DNA of 64,000 nucleotides from Chara braunii (GCA_003427395.1 BFEA01000026.1:4142404-4206403); one strand, 5' to 3'; positions 25,021 to 39,285 are shown, counted from the stretch's first letter. Translations and numbers: made by a program. Notes: generated from the letters alone by a model not told the origin.

Positions 25021-28000
25021 CACCTTCCGCAAGCCGAGGGGCAGATGGGACGGAGGAGGGAGAGAGTGTAAGGGAGAGAGGGATCAAGGGAGACGAAGGA
25101 GAATTTGTGACTTTCTTTCCAGCTAACAGTGATGATACGACTGAGAGTTTGAAACGTACTATTTATCCCATGCATCTTTTTTTTTTTCTTTTTTTTTCGT
25201 TCAGGGGGGGTGTGGTAGGAGGAGGCCCATGCATCTTGGTAGCTGTGCTGCTGAGTTGTTCTCTTTTTTTCTTTTCCTTTTGTTTGTAATGACCTGCAAA
25301 ATCGCAGACGGAGAACTGCTGATTTCTGAGTTTTGCCGCTGGAACGTGTGACTTGCAAAGATTCCCGCTTTCTGCTGAGATTTCTAAGTTTGTGTTCGTG
25401 TGCGTGCCTGGGGCGTTCCGTGTGCTTGTCTGAGTGCATGATTGCTTGGGTGTGCGTGTGACCCGCCAGGGTACTTGTATGCTTGGAAGGCCCTTGGGTC
25501 TGGTACTTACCTGTGGTCGTGCCGTTGTGGGTTGCAGCAGGGTGTTAGCAGTAGGCTAGGCCCGTGTAGCTGGAAAACACTCAAAAGTAGCAGGTAGGCT
25601 AGGCCCACAAAGATTGGACAACGCTTGAGTCGCGGGTAAGTAGTAGACCGAAAAGATAAAAAGGTTGGTGCCTTTAGAGGCCGAGTGAATTTTTTAGGAG
25701 TCCGGTAGGCTTAGGTCAAGGGGTACCGGTCGAGTAGTGTGAGTCTAGGGCCTGTGGCGAAGGATATCAGACCTTCAATGATGTTTCCATAGCAAAGGAG
25801 GAAAGTACCGCATGCTTGGGAGGCCGAGCGGCCTAGAAAGTCACCAGCCAAGGGGTCAGCTGCTCGGTACATCTCTGGGAGGAGCGAAGTACTCGTTTAT
25901 TTTGCGGTGTCAAGTGTGCAAATTTGGTGGTCACGCTGCTGGAGCGAGCGCTAAGCAACTCCAGCGCTAGGGAGGAAGAAGGCGGCCTGGCCCCTCCACT
26001 CAGCTATGGTGGAGAGGACAAGGAAGGCAGGCTCCTGGGTGTAGGAGGACGAGGAAAAGGTGAGCAAGGAGGAGAGTGACCGGGGTGCTTACCTGGCTAC
26101 TGTGGACAGCATCTTCATCTTCTGGGTTGGCGCGGCCCCACAAGGGATGGACTTCATCCAGGAAGACTTCGGGGCAGATATGGGCATGGTGGCCAAAGTA
26201 GAGGCGGGCACATCAGCTTTGCATTGTCCTTTGAACATTGGAGCACGGCTCCGCTAGTCCGCCATAGTCACCAACTAGGAGGAGGTAGAAGAAGTCATAG
26301 GTCATGGCTATGGTGGACCTCAATGCGTTGCTGGCAGTAACGAGGAGATCCGGACATTGGTTCTGGTTTCGTTCTTTCATTCTCACTATTGTTATATATT
26401 GTATTCAAGAGGTCGGGGGAGACAAGGAGGTCCAACGTGATGGCAAGTTGGGGGGCGGATTTGACATTGGTCTTTGCTGGTGTACATCTTCTTCCTCTTC
26501 CATTCTTTATTCTTCTCCTTCCTCCATCGATTCTCTTTCCATCATTTCAGTTGTCTTCATTCTTCTCCTTCCTCCATCGATTTTCTTTCCATCATTTCAA
26601 TTGCAATCGATTGGCACCGTCTTTCTTTGAGTTATTGCACTTCTCGATAGCCAGGATCATAACATGTTGTTTTTTTTTTCTTCGTCTTAGCCGTTTATGA
26701 GACTCCTACCTATCCTCCTCCTCCTCCTCCTATCAATTCTCCCTGGCGCACCCCTAGTGCCCCAATCCTACCTCAGTGTCTTGTTCGTACCAACATAACA
26801 GGTATTAGATATCGCAATATAAACCTACAAATAGTTCAATAGAGCAAAAGACCTTACGACCCTACCTCAGTGTCTAGTTGTTACCTGGAGATAAAAGGCA
26901 TTAGATTTCACAATATAGACCTAGAAAATTAGTAGAAATAGTTCAACTTCTAGTAGTTTCTCCACACAGCAGGCATTAGATTTCACGACATAGACCTAGA
27001 AGTAGTGCGTACAATGGGCCAAAACACGTTAATTCGATCTGAAATTCTGAATCCAGCACACTACTTTTTCCATTCTCTCCCCGTTTTACCTTCTATCTAC
27101 GACCTGAGTTCGGCCAACGTTCTTGTATCCTCGACTTCCCTTTTCTACCTTCTTCGTGGCGATCCTTTCCACCATACTAATCCAGTATTGTTATTCTTTT
27201 TCTTAGTAAAAAATTGAACCATTTTCTCCATTTCTGCCAGGGGCCATGCTAACCACCTTCTTCTCTGTCTCGTTCAGATTCCAACAGATATCCCTAAGGA
27301 CACTTAACCGAGCGTTGTTCTTTTTGTTTACTTTCTTTCCACTTTCTTACCTTCAGCGACCTGAATCCAGCATTGTTCTTTTTTCCTTTCTTTCCTTTTT
27401 TTTTTCACCCTCGTTGCAAGTCTTTCCCCCTACCCGTAATACTAATCTTCTTTGTATCAATTTGATTCCAAGGGTACGCCGCCGGTCATGATAACGGAGC
27501 GTTGCACTAACACAGGCGAAGCGATATTGAAAGTGGACAACAAATGATCAAAGGGCAGGAAGTACCCATTGACCTTACTTCATCCGCGCGCGCGTGCAAT
27601 CTCGGTTACGGCTTAGACGCAGCAGCCACAACTAAAAAAGAGTAGCCTCGTACCTAAAAACTACAAATGAGAAAAAAGCCTACAGGCATTCACAACTTTG
27701 TGCTCATTTCTTTTCCTCCGGGAGGCCCCTCACATTATACGTGAGCGAAAAAATCTCATCTTGATCCATCTGCGTAACGTAGAAATGTCATCCAACTGCG
27801 TAACGCATGCAACGGAATTGTCGTGCAACGGAATTGCCATGCAACTGCGTAACGCGGAGTTGTGCTGTAAGCATGTCAACACTGGGGAACTGTTCAAGAA
27901 AGACTGTTCATGAAGAGCTGTTGCCCGACATCTGAAGGGCCCCGACAACACGAGACCACTTTCCAAAACCGGCTACCACTTTCAGGACGCTCGCTCTCTC

Positions 28001-28442
28001 CCTACATCGCAAACTGCTTCACGCCTGGAATGCCTGCCTTTGCCTTCAACATGCACAGGATGCTGAGAACAAACCGAGCAGTTTCGGTATCTTCAACAAA
28101 TTCGACACATGTAGACGATCCAATGCATGTACGCAAAGANNNNNNNNNNNNNNNNNNNNNNNNNNNNNNNNNNNNNNNNNNNNNNNNNNNNNNNNNNNNN
28201 NNNNNNNNNNNNNNNNNNNNNNNNNNNNNNNNNNNNNNNNNNNNNNNNNNNNNNNNNNNNNNNNNNNNNNNNNNNNNNNNNNNNNNNNNNNNNNNNNNNN
28301 NNNNNNNNNNNNNNNNNNNNNNNNNNNNNNNNNNNNNNNNNNNNNNNNNNNNNNNNNNNNNNNNNNNNNNNNNNNNNNNNNNNNNNNNNNNNNNNNNNNN
28401 NNNNNNNNNNNNNNNNNNNNNNNNNNNNNNNNNNNNNNNNCC

Positions 28443-28885
28443 CTACATAGCAAACTGCTTCACTCCTGGAATGCCTGCCTTTGCGTTCAACATGCACGGG
28501 ATGCTGAGAACAAGCCGAGCAGTTTCGGTATCTTCGACAAATTCGACACATGTAGACGATCCCATGCACGTACGCAAAGATATACTATATAGCATATACC
28601 TGCATAGAGAAGCAGTTGAGGGAGGTTTAGCCTCTTCAGCGAGTGAAAGTGCGACGAAGTGGCTTGTCACAGGCCCCTTTTTCTTTATCTTTTCCAGGAA
28701 AACTAGAGTGCACCCAGCAAAATAGTGAACAAACAGAAGGGCAACAGGGAACAGAAGGACAAAGAAAAAGAGCCCAATGAGAAAAAGGAAAGCAACAACA
28801 GAAAAAAAAATGCGTATGCATCACATTTACCTCTGTTCTTCTTCCGCTCTACCTTTGCACTCTTAGTCTGTGGCCCATGGACAAT
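28443..28885 (-). CDS. Candidate 3' exons of an uncharacterised gene (28885-28831, 28702-28600, 28503-28443)
   Basis: AG/GT-bounded exons joined by 128- and 96-nt introns with compatible phases, giving IVHGPQTKSAKVERKKNRVFLEKIKKKGPVTSHFVALSLAEEAKPPSTASLCSIPCMLNAKAGIPGVKQFAM*. No homology recognised. Confidence 0.35.
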
Positions 28886-28909
28886 CTAATAATACATAGG
28901 TTTGTGGCC

Positions 28910-30067
28910 CAAACAGAACTGCCCGCTAAAACGTAGGGAGAGAGGTACAAGAGGACAACAAACAAGGGGCTGTGACAGACGGTTTTGTCAGAGTTTCATT
29001 GATTCATCAGGAGGCTGAACCCCAATATATATAAATCATCAAACAGAGCTGCCCGGTAAACTGTAGGCAGGGAGGGCGAAGAGGACAACAAATGAGCGGC
29101 TGTGACAGACTGTCACAAAGAACTCTGTTTCACCGACTCATCATATGAGTGCATCGCCAAACAGAACTGTCCGGCAAAACCATAGGCAGAGGGGGAGAAG
29201 AGGACACAACAAACAAACGGCTGTGACACAGTGTCTCATCGGAGTTTCACCTACTCGTCAGGAGGCCGAATATATGGCAAGCAGCCTCTCGTTGCAAGGT
29301 CCCGCTTATCTTCAATGAGCCCTCGTAAGTGGGATTAAGTAGCAGGTCCCACTGCTGCTATGCTTACACTCGGGAAGCATGAACCAAGTCATAAAACTCG
29401 CTAGCTCCATACTCGCATAGCATGACCATAGCACTAGCACACACCTATTACCAGCAGGAGGGCCTCCCCTAGGTCTAAAAAAAATAAAATGTTGCACACC
29501 CACGTTTCTTGTCCTCTTCGAAAAAAATAAAATGTTGCAAACCCACGTTTCTTGTCCTCTTCGCGCTTACTGTCAACGGTTCACCAGCTGGCCACCCACT
29601 GAAGGGTCAACAGAAGGACCACCCCGGTAGACAGAAAGCGAGAGAGGGACACCAAACAGGGAGGGAAGTGACAGACTGTTTCGTCGGAGTTTCACCGACT
29701 CATCAGGAGGGTGAACCCTCGACAGCCTGCAGAGTCGACTAATAGTATATATCGTCAAACAGAACTGCCCGGTAAACCGTAGGCAGAGAGGGAGAAGAGG
29801 ACAACAAACGAGGGGGGGCGGTGACAAACTGTTTCGTCGGAGTTCGACCGACTCATCTGGAGGCTGGACCCTCAACAGTCTGCAGAATCCCCTAACCGAG
29901 TGCAGTGCAAGTGATAATCCACCTTAACCCCGGTTGTGGTTTAGCATCAACAACTGCCCGACAACTGCTACCCTGAGGTGGGCACCAACCACTGCCCTCA
30001 AGGTACCTGTGACGAAAGTCAAAGCAGACTATCACTCACCCACACCAGAAGGAAAACTCTACAAACT
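28910..30067. repeat. Cluster of diverged family T copies (about 28910-29270, 29575-29740, 29752-30067)
   Basis: Repeated AAACAGAACTGCCCGG...GAGGACAACAAAC...GTTTCACCGACTCATCAGGAGG motifs. Confidence 0.75.
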
Positions 30068-30761
30068 ATCACAAGCCAGCAAAACACGCACGAATATATA
30101 TGTACTCTTTTTTGCAGGTAAGCCAAAATCACCAGGAAATTTGAATTACACGATTTACTTTTTTTTCATTTCCCAAACAAGTGTGAGGGAGAACCGTTAT
30201 TACCACCTGTAGAAGATTTTCTGCGACAGGAACGGCAACTGACAGTGTGTGAACTGATCACCCGCCTTTTTGTATGTTCTACAAATGTCCATTGGACTAG
30301 GTCAACCACGCAACCGAGTTCAATAAAAGTGCAGGATGCATTGTGTATAGCTCACTTCTCTGACAAGCAATGAGCAGCATCCACTTGCTCACCTGCGCCA
30401 TTGCGAGCACACGGTGCAGCGCTGATGCAGATACATGCCCACACAGCTGCCCCTCTGTGCTATTCTCGCCCCCTTCTGCACATCCACTTGTCTTTCGTAT
30501 GCCTGCTTGTACACAGCCACTTGCCTGTTGCACGCCTGCTTGTGCACAGCGAGTTGCCTTTTGCACGCACACTTGTACACAGCACTTTGCCCATGCACGC
30601 CTGCTGTGCACACCCACATGTGCCAGCAGTCATGGCTCGCCGACATGCGTACACAACCTGATTACACGATGTGAGGCCAGGGAAGATCATCTTTGATGAC
30701 AATCAGATTGCTGCAGTGAATGGCTCGCCGACACTCGTACAACCAGATTATCCACATCCTA

Positions 30762-30866
30762 CCGTCTTCCTCCGAACACAACGCACCCTCATTTTGACTG
30801 TATCGAGCCCGAAATGTACCTTGTATACATTCATTTTCAGGGTGCATTACATTGGGCGGAAGACGG
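30762..30866. mobile_element. MITE family A copy (diverged), inside a TGCAC-rich duplicated tract
   Basis: TA-CCGTCTTCCTCCGAAC...GGGCGGAAGACGG-TA, 105 bp. Confidence 0.7.
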
Positions 30867-33866
30867 TAGCCTTTTGCATGCCTGCCTAGTTGTAGACAGC
30901 GACTTGCCCATGCACGCCTGCTTGTGCACACCCGCCTGTGCCAGCAGTGATGGCTCGCCAACACACATACTACCGAAACGAAATGTAAGACGGCGGAAGA
31001 TCATATGGTCTATCTTTGTCGAAGGTAAAACAGTCAGTGAGGCTGCAACACACTTTGGATTTCTGCACACTACAGTGCAGAGTATCACTGTGGAATTCCA
31101 CAGTGGAATGTGTTTCCTGTTTTTCAAGGAGGGCACATTAGTGGATTGATGAGACAGGCGATCAATGCCATGGAAGGAATGCGTTCCCTGTTTTCTCAAG
31201 GAGGGCATATTAGTTAGGAAGATTTTCATAACCGGCCGGTCAACCAGGCGTGACGCCCAGGGGGGTCTGACACCAGGGATACCTGGGCACGGGGAGAAAA
31301 ATAAAAATAAAAATTGGGGGTGGGAGTTTTCCGCGCTCTCCGAGAGGAGCCCAAATCCGGGCTCTTTTCCTTTTTTGAGTGTTGGCTGTCAAGGAGGCTG
31401 AAGATCACGACTGGGCAAAGCGAATACTGGAGGAGACCAAGTTTCAGACTCCATACCGCATTTGACTTTCCACAGCTGGTCACACTGCCCACGGCCTGTC
31501 AAGCTGTTTGTCCGCACGTTACCCTTTGATGCTGCTTCTGCTTCCTAGGGAGGCTGACGACTACAACCGAGGCGAGCAAACACGAGAGCTCACCAAGTTT
31601 CGGACTCCGTACCCAGTTTCCACAGCTGCGCACGACTTCCTATGTCTGTCATCCAGCAGGTTACAGGCTGCTGCTGCTTCGCAGGGAGGGTGAAGCCTAC
31701 AACCGCGCAGAGGAAAACACCGGAGCTGACCAAGTTTGAGACTTCGTACTGCGTTTTTGTAGCGGACCTCGGGTTGGCCTGTGAGACCAGCCCCTTGGCC
31801 TGTTCTCACAGGCCTGTGTTATATTCGGGGTAGGCCAGTCCAGGCCGGTACCTCTGTCGGTACCAGCCAAGCCAGTCCAGTCCAGTCTCGTCAGTCCACT
31901 GGGGTATACCCCAGCCATTGTCTGTTTTCAGTCTCATTCCTCACTTGCACATTTTGGAGTACGTGCGTTGGAGTCTTGCGTGGGGACCTGCGTTGTGCCA
32001 TCTTGCTCCCCCTTCTTCCTCCATCTCCATCTCTGTCACTAGCGGAGCACCACACCTGGTGGGTCCGCTACAGTTTTAGCTTCAACAGCCGGTTGCAGCG
32101 TCCACTGTCGGTCAAGCTGTTTGCCACCGAGCAGGTTACACTTTGACGCTGCTTTGCCGGGAGGGTGGCGATTACAGCTCTGCCAAGTGGATACGGGAGC
32201 CAAAGGAGTGGACGCAGGCAGTGCTACAGTAGCTTAGGTACATCTGTGCAGCAGGCAGTGCACGTAGCCGAGACAGGATTTGACTCGTGTCACGCTCAAT
32301 GACTCGGGCAGAGGTGGCGAGTTGGAAGGGCCGTCAAAGTAAGACCAGCGCAAAGAGGTAAAAATCTGTCAGTACTTGCCACAGTGAGGCAGTGAAGAGC
32401 GCAATTGAGAGCGCTTGACGCGTCTTCATCTGCCCCCCCCCCTTCCAATTCTCCTTTTCTGAATGCAGCGAATCAGTCTCCGGGCATGTCAAGACCCCAT
32501 GGTCCACATTAGGAACGGGGGCCACAGGGGAACGAACTCAATTGACGCAATCTGTCAAGGTCTTTATAGTGATCATCACTAATCTACTGCGAAGTAAGTA
32601 TGGATTAGCGAGGCCTCAAGAAACTTTAGCAGAGCAAATAGAGGACAGCATCGTGTCCTACCTTAGTACACTTATACCACCAACATTCCCACACAACAAA
32701 GAAAATGCCCAGTTGGTAAGCCAGTAGGCCCCAACTTTGAATAATATGTCGGGAAACTGGCGCGACACAAGTTCTGCCGAGGTGCAGCTTGAAAAAACGG
32801 TTCCCTAGCCTAGTCCATTGCGCAATTCTGATGCAACCTTTGGCCCGTTGCTCTGTTCGATACTTTCCATACGAAGTATCGCATTCGAGCTTCTATGCCC
32901 GGCCGTGAACTCCAGTGTGGCCCTTTGTTCGATGCCAGGGTAAAGGCCCTCGCTGCATTCCTATCAGTGATAGAACCGTTTTTCGCCCCAGAAATGGGCT
33001 GGTCCGGACAGGACCCTTGGTTTTCGAAAGCTGGATAGCGTGGCTTACCAACTTGACGTGTGCCGTAGGCTCGGGTACGTAAGTTTCGTACCGATGGAAC
33101 TGTGATTTTTTAGGACCTCCGTCCATGAGTCCCATACATGACCTTTGGTTGTGCTCACTATACTGGACTGGAACCATCGGACTATATAGGAAATGATTGC
33201 ACAGCAAAAAATCCTCTTGGGTCCTACGCCGGTATTGTCGCTGTCGTTTCCGACGATGTCAGCGGAGGAACAGCGGAGGTGGGTGGGCGGAAAGCATGGG
33301 AAATCGACGAGGGAGATGTTATGGTGGTTCCGCATGAGGAAGACCGTGTGGCGGCGGTTGAGACCGGTGTGGCGGCAGTCAAAACCGGTCGGGGTGCCAT
33401 ACCCTCCGGCTATTGCAATCTACGTACAGTTTTTTTTGGTACTGAGTTCTCATGTTTCCTAATCACTCTCATGTGTATCGCTCTCATGTGTCTTGTATGT
33501 GTTGATTTTCTACACAAGTCTCACTTTCAATCACCTAGTCTGGTTGGGATACCTACCCACGCGCGAGTGGTCAGCATCGAAAAAAGTGGTCGGCTGCCGA
33601 TTCGCAACGAACAGGCCAAATAGTAGTCGAAACGGCTTCGGCCTCACTCGATACGTTTTGTTTTGCTTGTCCGAATGGTCTGCATATTGGTGACAATCGG
33701 TTGTTGGTGGTGAAAGGACCACTACCGTTCAGGCTGTGTGACGCGAAGTCACAGAAGTAGCCTCCTCCGAAAAAATCACCGCTGGGCCGCCGATGATAAT
33801 TTTCATCAGGGGTGCCCAGCCTCCGAATTTGAATTCGGAGGCCCTCGGCCCCATATATGAGAAGAG

Positions 33867-35224
33867 TAGCTTTCCAGCCCGAGCGCCCGGGCCCCCCAAG
33901 GTCGCCCGGAAGGGCGCTCGGGGCGCCCGGCCGTGCGACCCCCCCGGTCAGGCACCCGGGCCCCCTCAGCGCCAACCCCCAAAAAAGTCAAAAAAAAAAA
34001 AATTGCGCCGCGAGACTACTGCCCAGAGGGAAAGAAAAAAGGCGGCGGCGCCCGAAAAAATTTTTGGGGTGCGGTAGGCCCCGTTTCATTGCTTCTTTTT
34101 TTTTTTGCCTCTGGGCCATCGATCTTCGTTGATCGACGGCGGCGCCAAAGTCCCGAGATTTTGAGTTTGAATCCCAGGAATTCGCGCGCATCCCTGCACC
34201 CTCCGCCCTCCGCCATCTAGACTTCGACTGCGCCAGTTGCCGTGGGGGGGACGTCTGCGCCGTCGTCAACCTGCCAAGCCATCCTCGTCGTCGTCGCCCT
34301 CCAGCCGTGCCATCGACCGTCTGTGCCGTCCCTGCCCTGCCACTCTCCAGCTTCTTCTTCTTCTTCTTCTTCTTCTTCTTCTTCTTCTTCGTCCTCTTCT
34401 CATTCTTCTTCCTCTTCTTCTGTCCTCCATTTCCTCATGTTCTTTTCCTCCTTCGTTTCTTTGTCTTCTTCTTCTTTTTCTTCTTTGTCGTTTCTTCGTC
34501 ATCATTTCTTCTTTTTCTTCCTCTCATTCTTCTTCTTCTTTATCTTCTTTGTCATTTCTTCTTCTTCACATTATTATTCTTCATCGTGTCTTCTTTCTCT
34601 TCCACTCGTTCTTCTGCTTCTTTTTCTTGATCATCATCATCTTCTTGTTCTTCGTCTTCCTCCTCTTTCGGTTCTTCTTTCTCTTATTCTCTTCTTGTCG
34701 TCTCTTCTCCTCTTCTTCCTTCCTGTTTGCTTCATGAACTTCATCAATGAATCAGCATTTTTTTTTCTTTTCAACGGTTTGGCTCTGTTCGCCATAGCCG
34801 TCATCCTCCCTCCAAAGGCTCCCTCCCCCCTCCCTCCTCCTTCTGCCCTTCTTCTTCCCTTCTTCTTCATCATCTTCTTCTTCCTCCTCTTCTCAATCTC
34901 AACAGTTCTTTTCTTCTTTTCATCTCTTCGTCTACCTTTTCTTCCTCTTCTTCTTCTTGCTCCTCCATTAGTGTTTCCTTCCTCCACATATCTCCCTCTC
35001 CTTCCTCCGCCATCTCCTCCCTCCACATCTTCCCTTCTTCTTCCGCCCCCCGCAACACACAAAAACCAACATGGCCGAAAAAAGGAAATGAGGCTAGATT
35101 TGGGCTGTACTCGGAAAGCGCAGCAAGGCCCCGCAGACGGAAAAATAAAATAAAAAAATTCAGCGGATTTTTTTTTATGCCCGGGGTACCCCGGGCGAGG
35201 CGCCCCGGGCGCCCGGGAAAGCTA
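33867..35224. mobile_element. Possible hAT-like non-autonomous element with (CTT)n low-complexity interior
   Basis: Ends TAGCTTTCC...GGAAAGCTA with CGCCCGGG subterminal clusters at both ends. No TSD found. Confidence 0.45.
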
Positions 35225-35755
35225 GGTGGTGGTTTTTTTTTTTCTTTTTTTTTTAGCCAGTTTTTTTTTCGACTGGACGACTTTGACAAATCTCTTTCTG
35301 TCCTGATCTCCTACTTTTCAAAGTTTTCTTATTTACCAAAATCGGGCCACTTTTAAGGGGCGAGGGGGAATCCGCCTACAGATGGCTCTGTGACATACCG
35401 CCATTTTTTCGGAATGGTCAAAAACGTTTTTTAAGTAAATATAATATATAATATAATTGGAAGAAAGGAGACGGACATTTGGACCCTTTTGCCAGAGTCT
35501 GTTCACAATTACAGTTACGTCCCTCGCATTAAGCCTTTCACAATTCACTCGCTGAGGTATGGTTATGGTAAATAATTGAGAGAACGAGGACAGACAATTG
35601 GACCATTTTTCAAAGAATCTGACCGCAATTACAGTCAGGAACACCCAGAGTAGTCCCCGATATCATGCATGCATAACTGAGAGTACGGAGACAGGCACTT
35701 GGACAGCAATTGCGGTCAGGTACATCCACTTCTCTGTGCCTGGTGTTACCAGTAA

Positions 35756-36060
35756 GGTTCGCACAACTCTGTTGCTGAGATATAATCGTTGTAAATAATT
35801 GAGAGAATGAGGACAGACACTTGGATCAGGTTCGCACAACTCGGTAGCTGAGATGTTGTTGTGGTAAATAATTGGAGAGAATGGAGACAGACACTTGGAC
35901 CAGGTTCGCACAACTCGGTAGCTGAGATATAATCGTTGTAAATAATTGAGAGAATGGGGACAGACACTTGGACCAGTTCGCACAACTCGGTAGCTGAGAT
36001 ATTGTTGTGGTAAATAATTGGAGAGAATGGAGACGGACACACTTGGACCAGGTTCACACA
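35756..36060. repeat. ~73-bp tandem repeat, about 4 copies
   Basis: GGTTCGCACAACTCGGTAGCTGAGAT...AAATAATTG...GACAGACACTTGGACCA recurring at 35756, 35829, 35903, about 35976 and 36051. Confidence 0.9.
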
Positions 36061-36279
36061 AGTCGACCTTTCTTTCTTTCTCATTTTTTTTTCCATTCAG
36101 CGGCCCAATTGCCACCAATACAAATTTCGTTTTTTCCCCTCTTGTTACAATTCCATTACGTTTGAAACCATTTACCTTTCAGACTGGAAGGCGAAGTCGT
36201 AATATAACCAATAACTAGGCTACCAGACAGGCCTGCAACCACTTGCCCGGGTAGGCCCAAAAAAAAGAATATATATATA

Positions 36280-36462
36280 TCGTCACAAACAGAACTGCCC
36301 GGTAAACCCTAGGCAGAGAGCGAGAAGAGGACAACAAACGAGGGGCTGTGACATCGGAGTTTCACCGACTCATCAGGAGGCTGAACCCTCAACAGTCTGC
36401 AGAATCCTCTCACTGATTACACTGTAAATGATAATCTACCTTAACCAAAATCAAAGTAGACT
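36280..36462. mobile_element. Family T copy, truncated, in (TA)n
   Basis: (TA)n-TCGTCACAAACAGAACTG...CAAAGTAGAC-(TA)n. Confidence 0.8.
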
Positions 36463-37263
36463 ATATATATTTTTATTTAAATTTGGTAAAGAATATTGAT
36501 GTGACCCTGAGGCAAAAGTTGTTCAGCTTTTTTTTCAGATCTTTTGGGTTTCATCTTTTTTTAAGTTTTTTTTTTTTGCTGGGACCACCTTTGTTCCTTG
36601 CACGGCCGGGCAACAAGGTGACCCGGGCAGCCCGACTGGTGGTAGCCTAGACCAATAACGCATTCTTCGGAGGTGGAGACTGGACACTACAGGACGAGGG
36701 GCTGGCGGCGCCAGCCACAACAAAACAAAAAACGCCACGCTGGGACTATGGCCAAACCTCGGCACGCACTTCTACTCTGCCTCGGCAAAAAGAGGCTCTA
36801 AAAAAAAGAAAAAAAGACGATTCCAATACGTTACGTAATCAGTTTGACATTTGTGCACTTCAGAAAATATATCTCCGTCTCTGGGAATTTACCCAATTGT
36901 TTTTTTTTTTTTTTTTTTTTTGGTGGTAAACGGTGAATAATAAAATAGAGGTCAGGTGAGAAAACAGTACACAGAGGTGAGAAAGTGAAATCAGGCTCCA
37001 AAAGAATTCCCCCCACACCCCTCCCCTGAATACCCCCTTAAAATGACTCCCCTTCTCCTCTCAGATGCATTTTATGAATCTGCATGTGTTTTATGCAGAG
37101 ATGCATAACCCAGTTTCAATAGCGATGCTCTGCACCTGTCACCGCACACATCCAGATTTAGACCAATGATCTTGCTAGTGGGGCGTAGGCCGCAGAGGAG
37201 AGCCGGTGGCTGTGACAGCCGCTAGACAGCAGCTCTCCTCCGCCAAGAGGGAAATTCTAAAAG

Positions 37264-37662
37264 GGGAAAATTTTTGACATGCCCCTGAAACGATTTGTTT
37301 GTGGCGAGCACCGCTCCCACGGCCGACTTACCCTGTCGCGCCCTTGGGGCCTCCGAACTATGCTGCAGGCCCCTGCCAGTGAGGGGCGCAACTTTCCTGC
37401 ATGCCCCTGTGGCCGTTTGATGGCACTCGGGGCCGCTCCCCTCCTGGCCCTGGGAGAGAAGCTACCGGGGCATGCTGGAAATTTGGTACCCGTACCAGCA
37501 GGGGCATAGTGAACATATTTCAGGCCCAAACAACACCAGGGGTTTTTCGAACACTTCAATCGTTGTGAGAAGGGCGCGACAGGATAAGTCGGCCATCTGC
37601 CGTCAGAGGGAGGGCACGACGTAAATAAATAGAACTTTCAGGGGCATATCACAAAGTTTCCC
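37264..37662. mobile_element. Mutator-like MITE (~400 bp) with long imperfect TIRs
   Basis: GGGAAAATTTTTGACATGCCCCTGAAA / TTTCAGGGGCATATCACAAAGTTTCCC, plus internal inverted GGCCGACTTACCCTGTCGCGCCCTT / AAGGGCGCGACAGGATAAGTCGGCC. AT-rich similar flanks (ATTCTAAAA / ATTTAAAA). Confidence 0.7.
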
Positions 37663-37784
37663 ATTTAAAACATGGGGAAGGGAAAAAAAAAGACTAAAAA
37701 AAGAGCGCCTTTCAAAGACCTCCGAGTTCACTTTTCGGGAAAACGCCTGAATTTGCCAAAGAGGGGGGAGGAGAACATAGCATA

Positions 37785-37922
37785 GGGGCTCGCTCCACTA
37801 CACGAAACATGCATTTGGACCCTTTCTGGACCAGGTGCATTTGGACGAGTCCAACATTTCCAATGTATTGGGTCCATTAAGCATCCAGATGCATGTAACG
37901 TGTTGTTAGTGGAGCGAGAGCC
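37785..37922. mobile_element. MITE family B copy
   Basis: GGGGCTCGCTCCACTAC...CATGCATTTGGAC...TAGTGGAGCGAGAGCC. Confidence 0.7.
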
Positions 37923-38162
37923 ATCGTCATCATCATCATCAACGGTCTAGTTTATCATCAACGGTCTAGTTTACGAATAGCAATAACTATGGTATAGCAA
38001 CTTGTAATTAATATTCTATGAAATGAAATAGAAAATAGGAAATAGCCGAAATTAGAATACTCTATAGCATAGCAAGTTTATGGATAGTAATAACTATATA
38101 GTATAGCCGGTTCTTAGACCTGCTGTGAGGACTTGGCTATTCAAAAATTCATATCTGGTATC

Positions 38163-38201
<39 letters not shown>

Positions 38202-38740
38202 TCAGTGTCTTTCTGGAGGCAAGAGCCTGTAAGCTGAGCTGGCTGATGCTGTCAGTATTCCGGTTTGAATTGTGAGGTCCCCAGCCTCAAATTGATAATG
38301 GAAATGATTTTTTTTTTTTTTTTTTTTTAACTCCAGCCGTAGCAACAGGCGTTGAAGTGAATGGCTTGAACGCAGAATTGTAAGCAGCGTCGTAGTGTGA
38401 ATCTGGTCCAAAAGCCGCCTATATTCAGGCAGACCGCTTGCCACAGTAACCTGGTCCAAAACCTGACCAGCGTAGTGGTCTTTATTCAAGACCGGACCCG
38501 GTTATCGTGCACCTGGTCCACAACGTGACCAGGTTCGTTGCTGACCAATCGTATTATCATTCAACGCCTGGATTCCCACTTCATCGTCACGCACGCCTAT
38601 TAGTTTTGTTTTTTTTTCCCTTTTAGTTTTTTTCTTTTTTTCTTTTTATATGGTTCCTATAAATGGTCGCCCTTTTTTTTTCCCTTTAGGTGAAAAAATT
38701 TAAAAAAATTGCATGCATGCGGCCAGGGAAGCACGATCAG

Positions 38741-38912
38741 GGGCCAGCTCCCGCTAGCAAAGAGGATTGGATTGGATTAAAGCGCCTGAATCTGGATGGG
38801 TTTTAAGCGGAGATGCAGAAAAGCAGCTCAATCGCGAGTTTTTGCACCTCTCCACAAACACGTCCAGATTCAGCCACTATATCCAATCCTCTTTGCTAGT
38901 GGGACCTCGCCC
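38741..38912. mobile_element. Harbinger-like MITE family C (CNG TSD)
   Basis: CAG-GGGCCAGCTCCCGCTAGCAAAGAGGATTGGAT...ATCCAATCCTCTTTGCTAGTGGGACCTCGCCC-CAG. Confidence 0.8.
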
Positions 38913-39285
38913 CAGGAGGCCAGCCAAGCCATATCAACGGGGGAAGGAAATCACCGCCTCTCCGAGTTACTTCTCCGTACTGTTTTTTCGTTTTTTTGTC
39001 TTTTTGTTGCTAATTTATTTATGTCAGTCTATAATCCTTTGCTTTTTCTTCCGTGTATCTGGTCTACTTCTCAATCAATTTACATCATCATCATCATCAT
39101 CATTATCATCGTGAGATCAAACATGTTTCTTCGTAATTTGATGACATCCATATCCATTTTTATTTTTTTTATTTAAAAAGGGAAACTTGTATGGAATGTT
39201 CATCGATTCTTCGCTGACGATTAGACTTTTTCCCATATAAACAATTCCTTCCCGACAACCTGATCCTCTATGTCCCCTCTTATCA

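Noticed and set aside
34237-35153. Low-complexity Ser/Leu/Phe ORFs (also 43334-44152 and 47285-48386)
   Set aside because: Products of (CTT)n, (CCT)n and GA-rich simple sequence.
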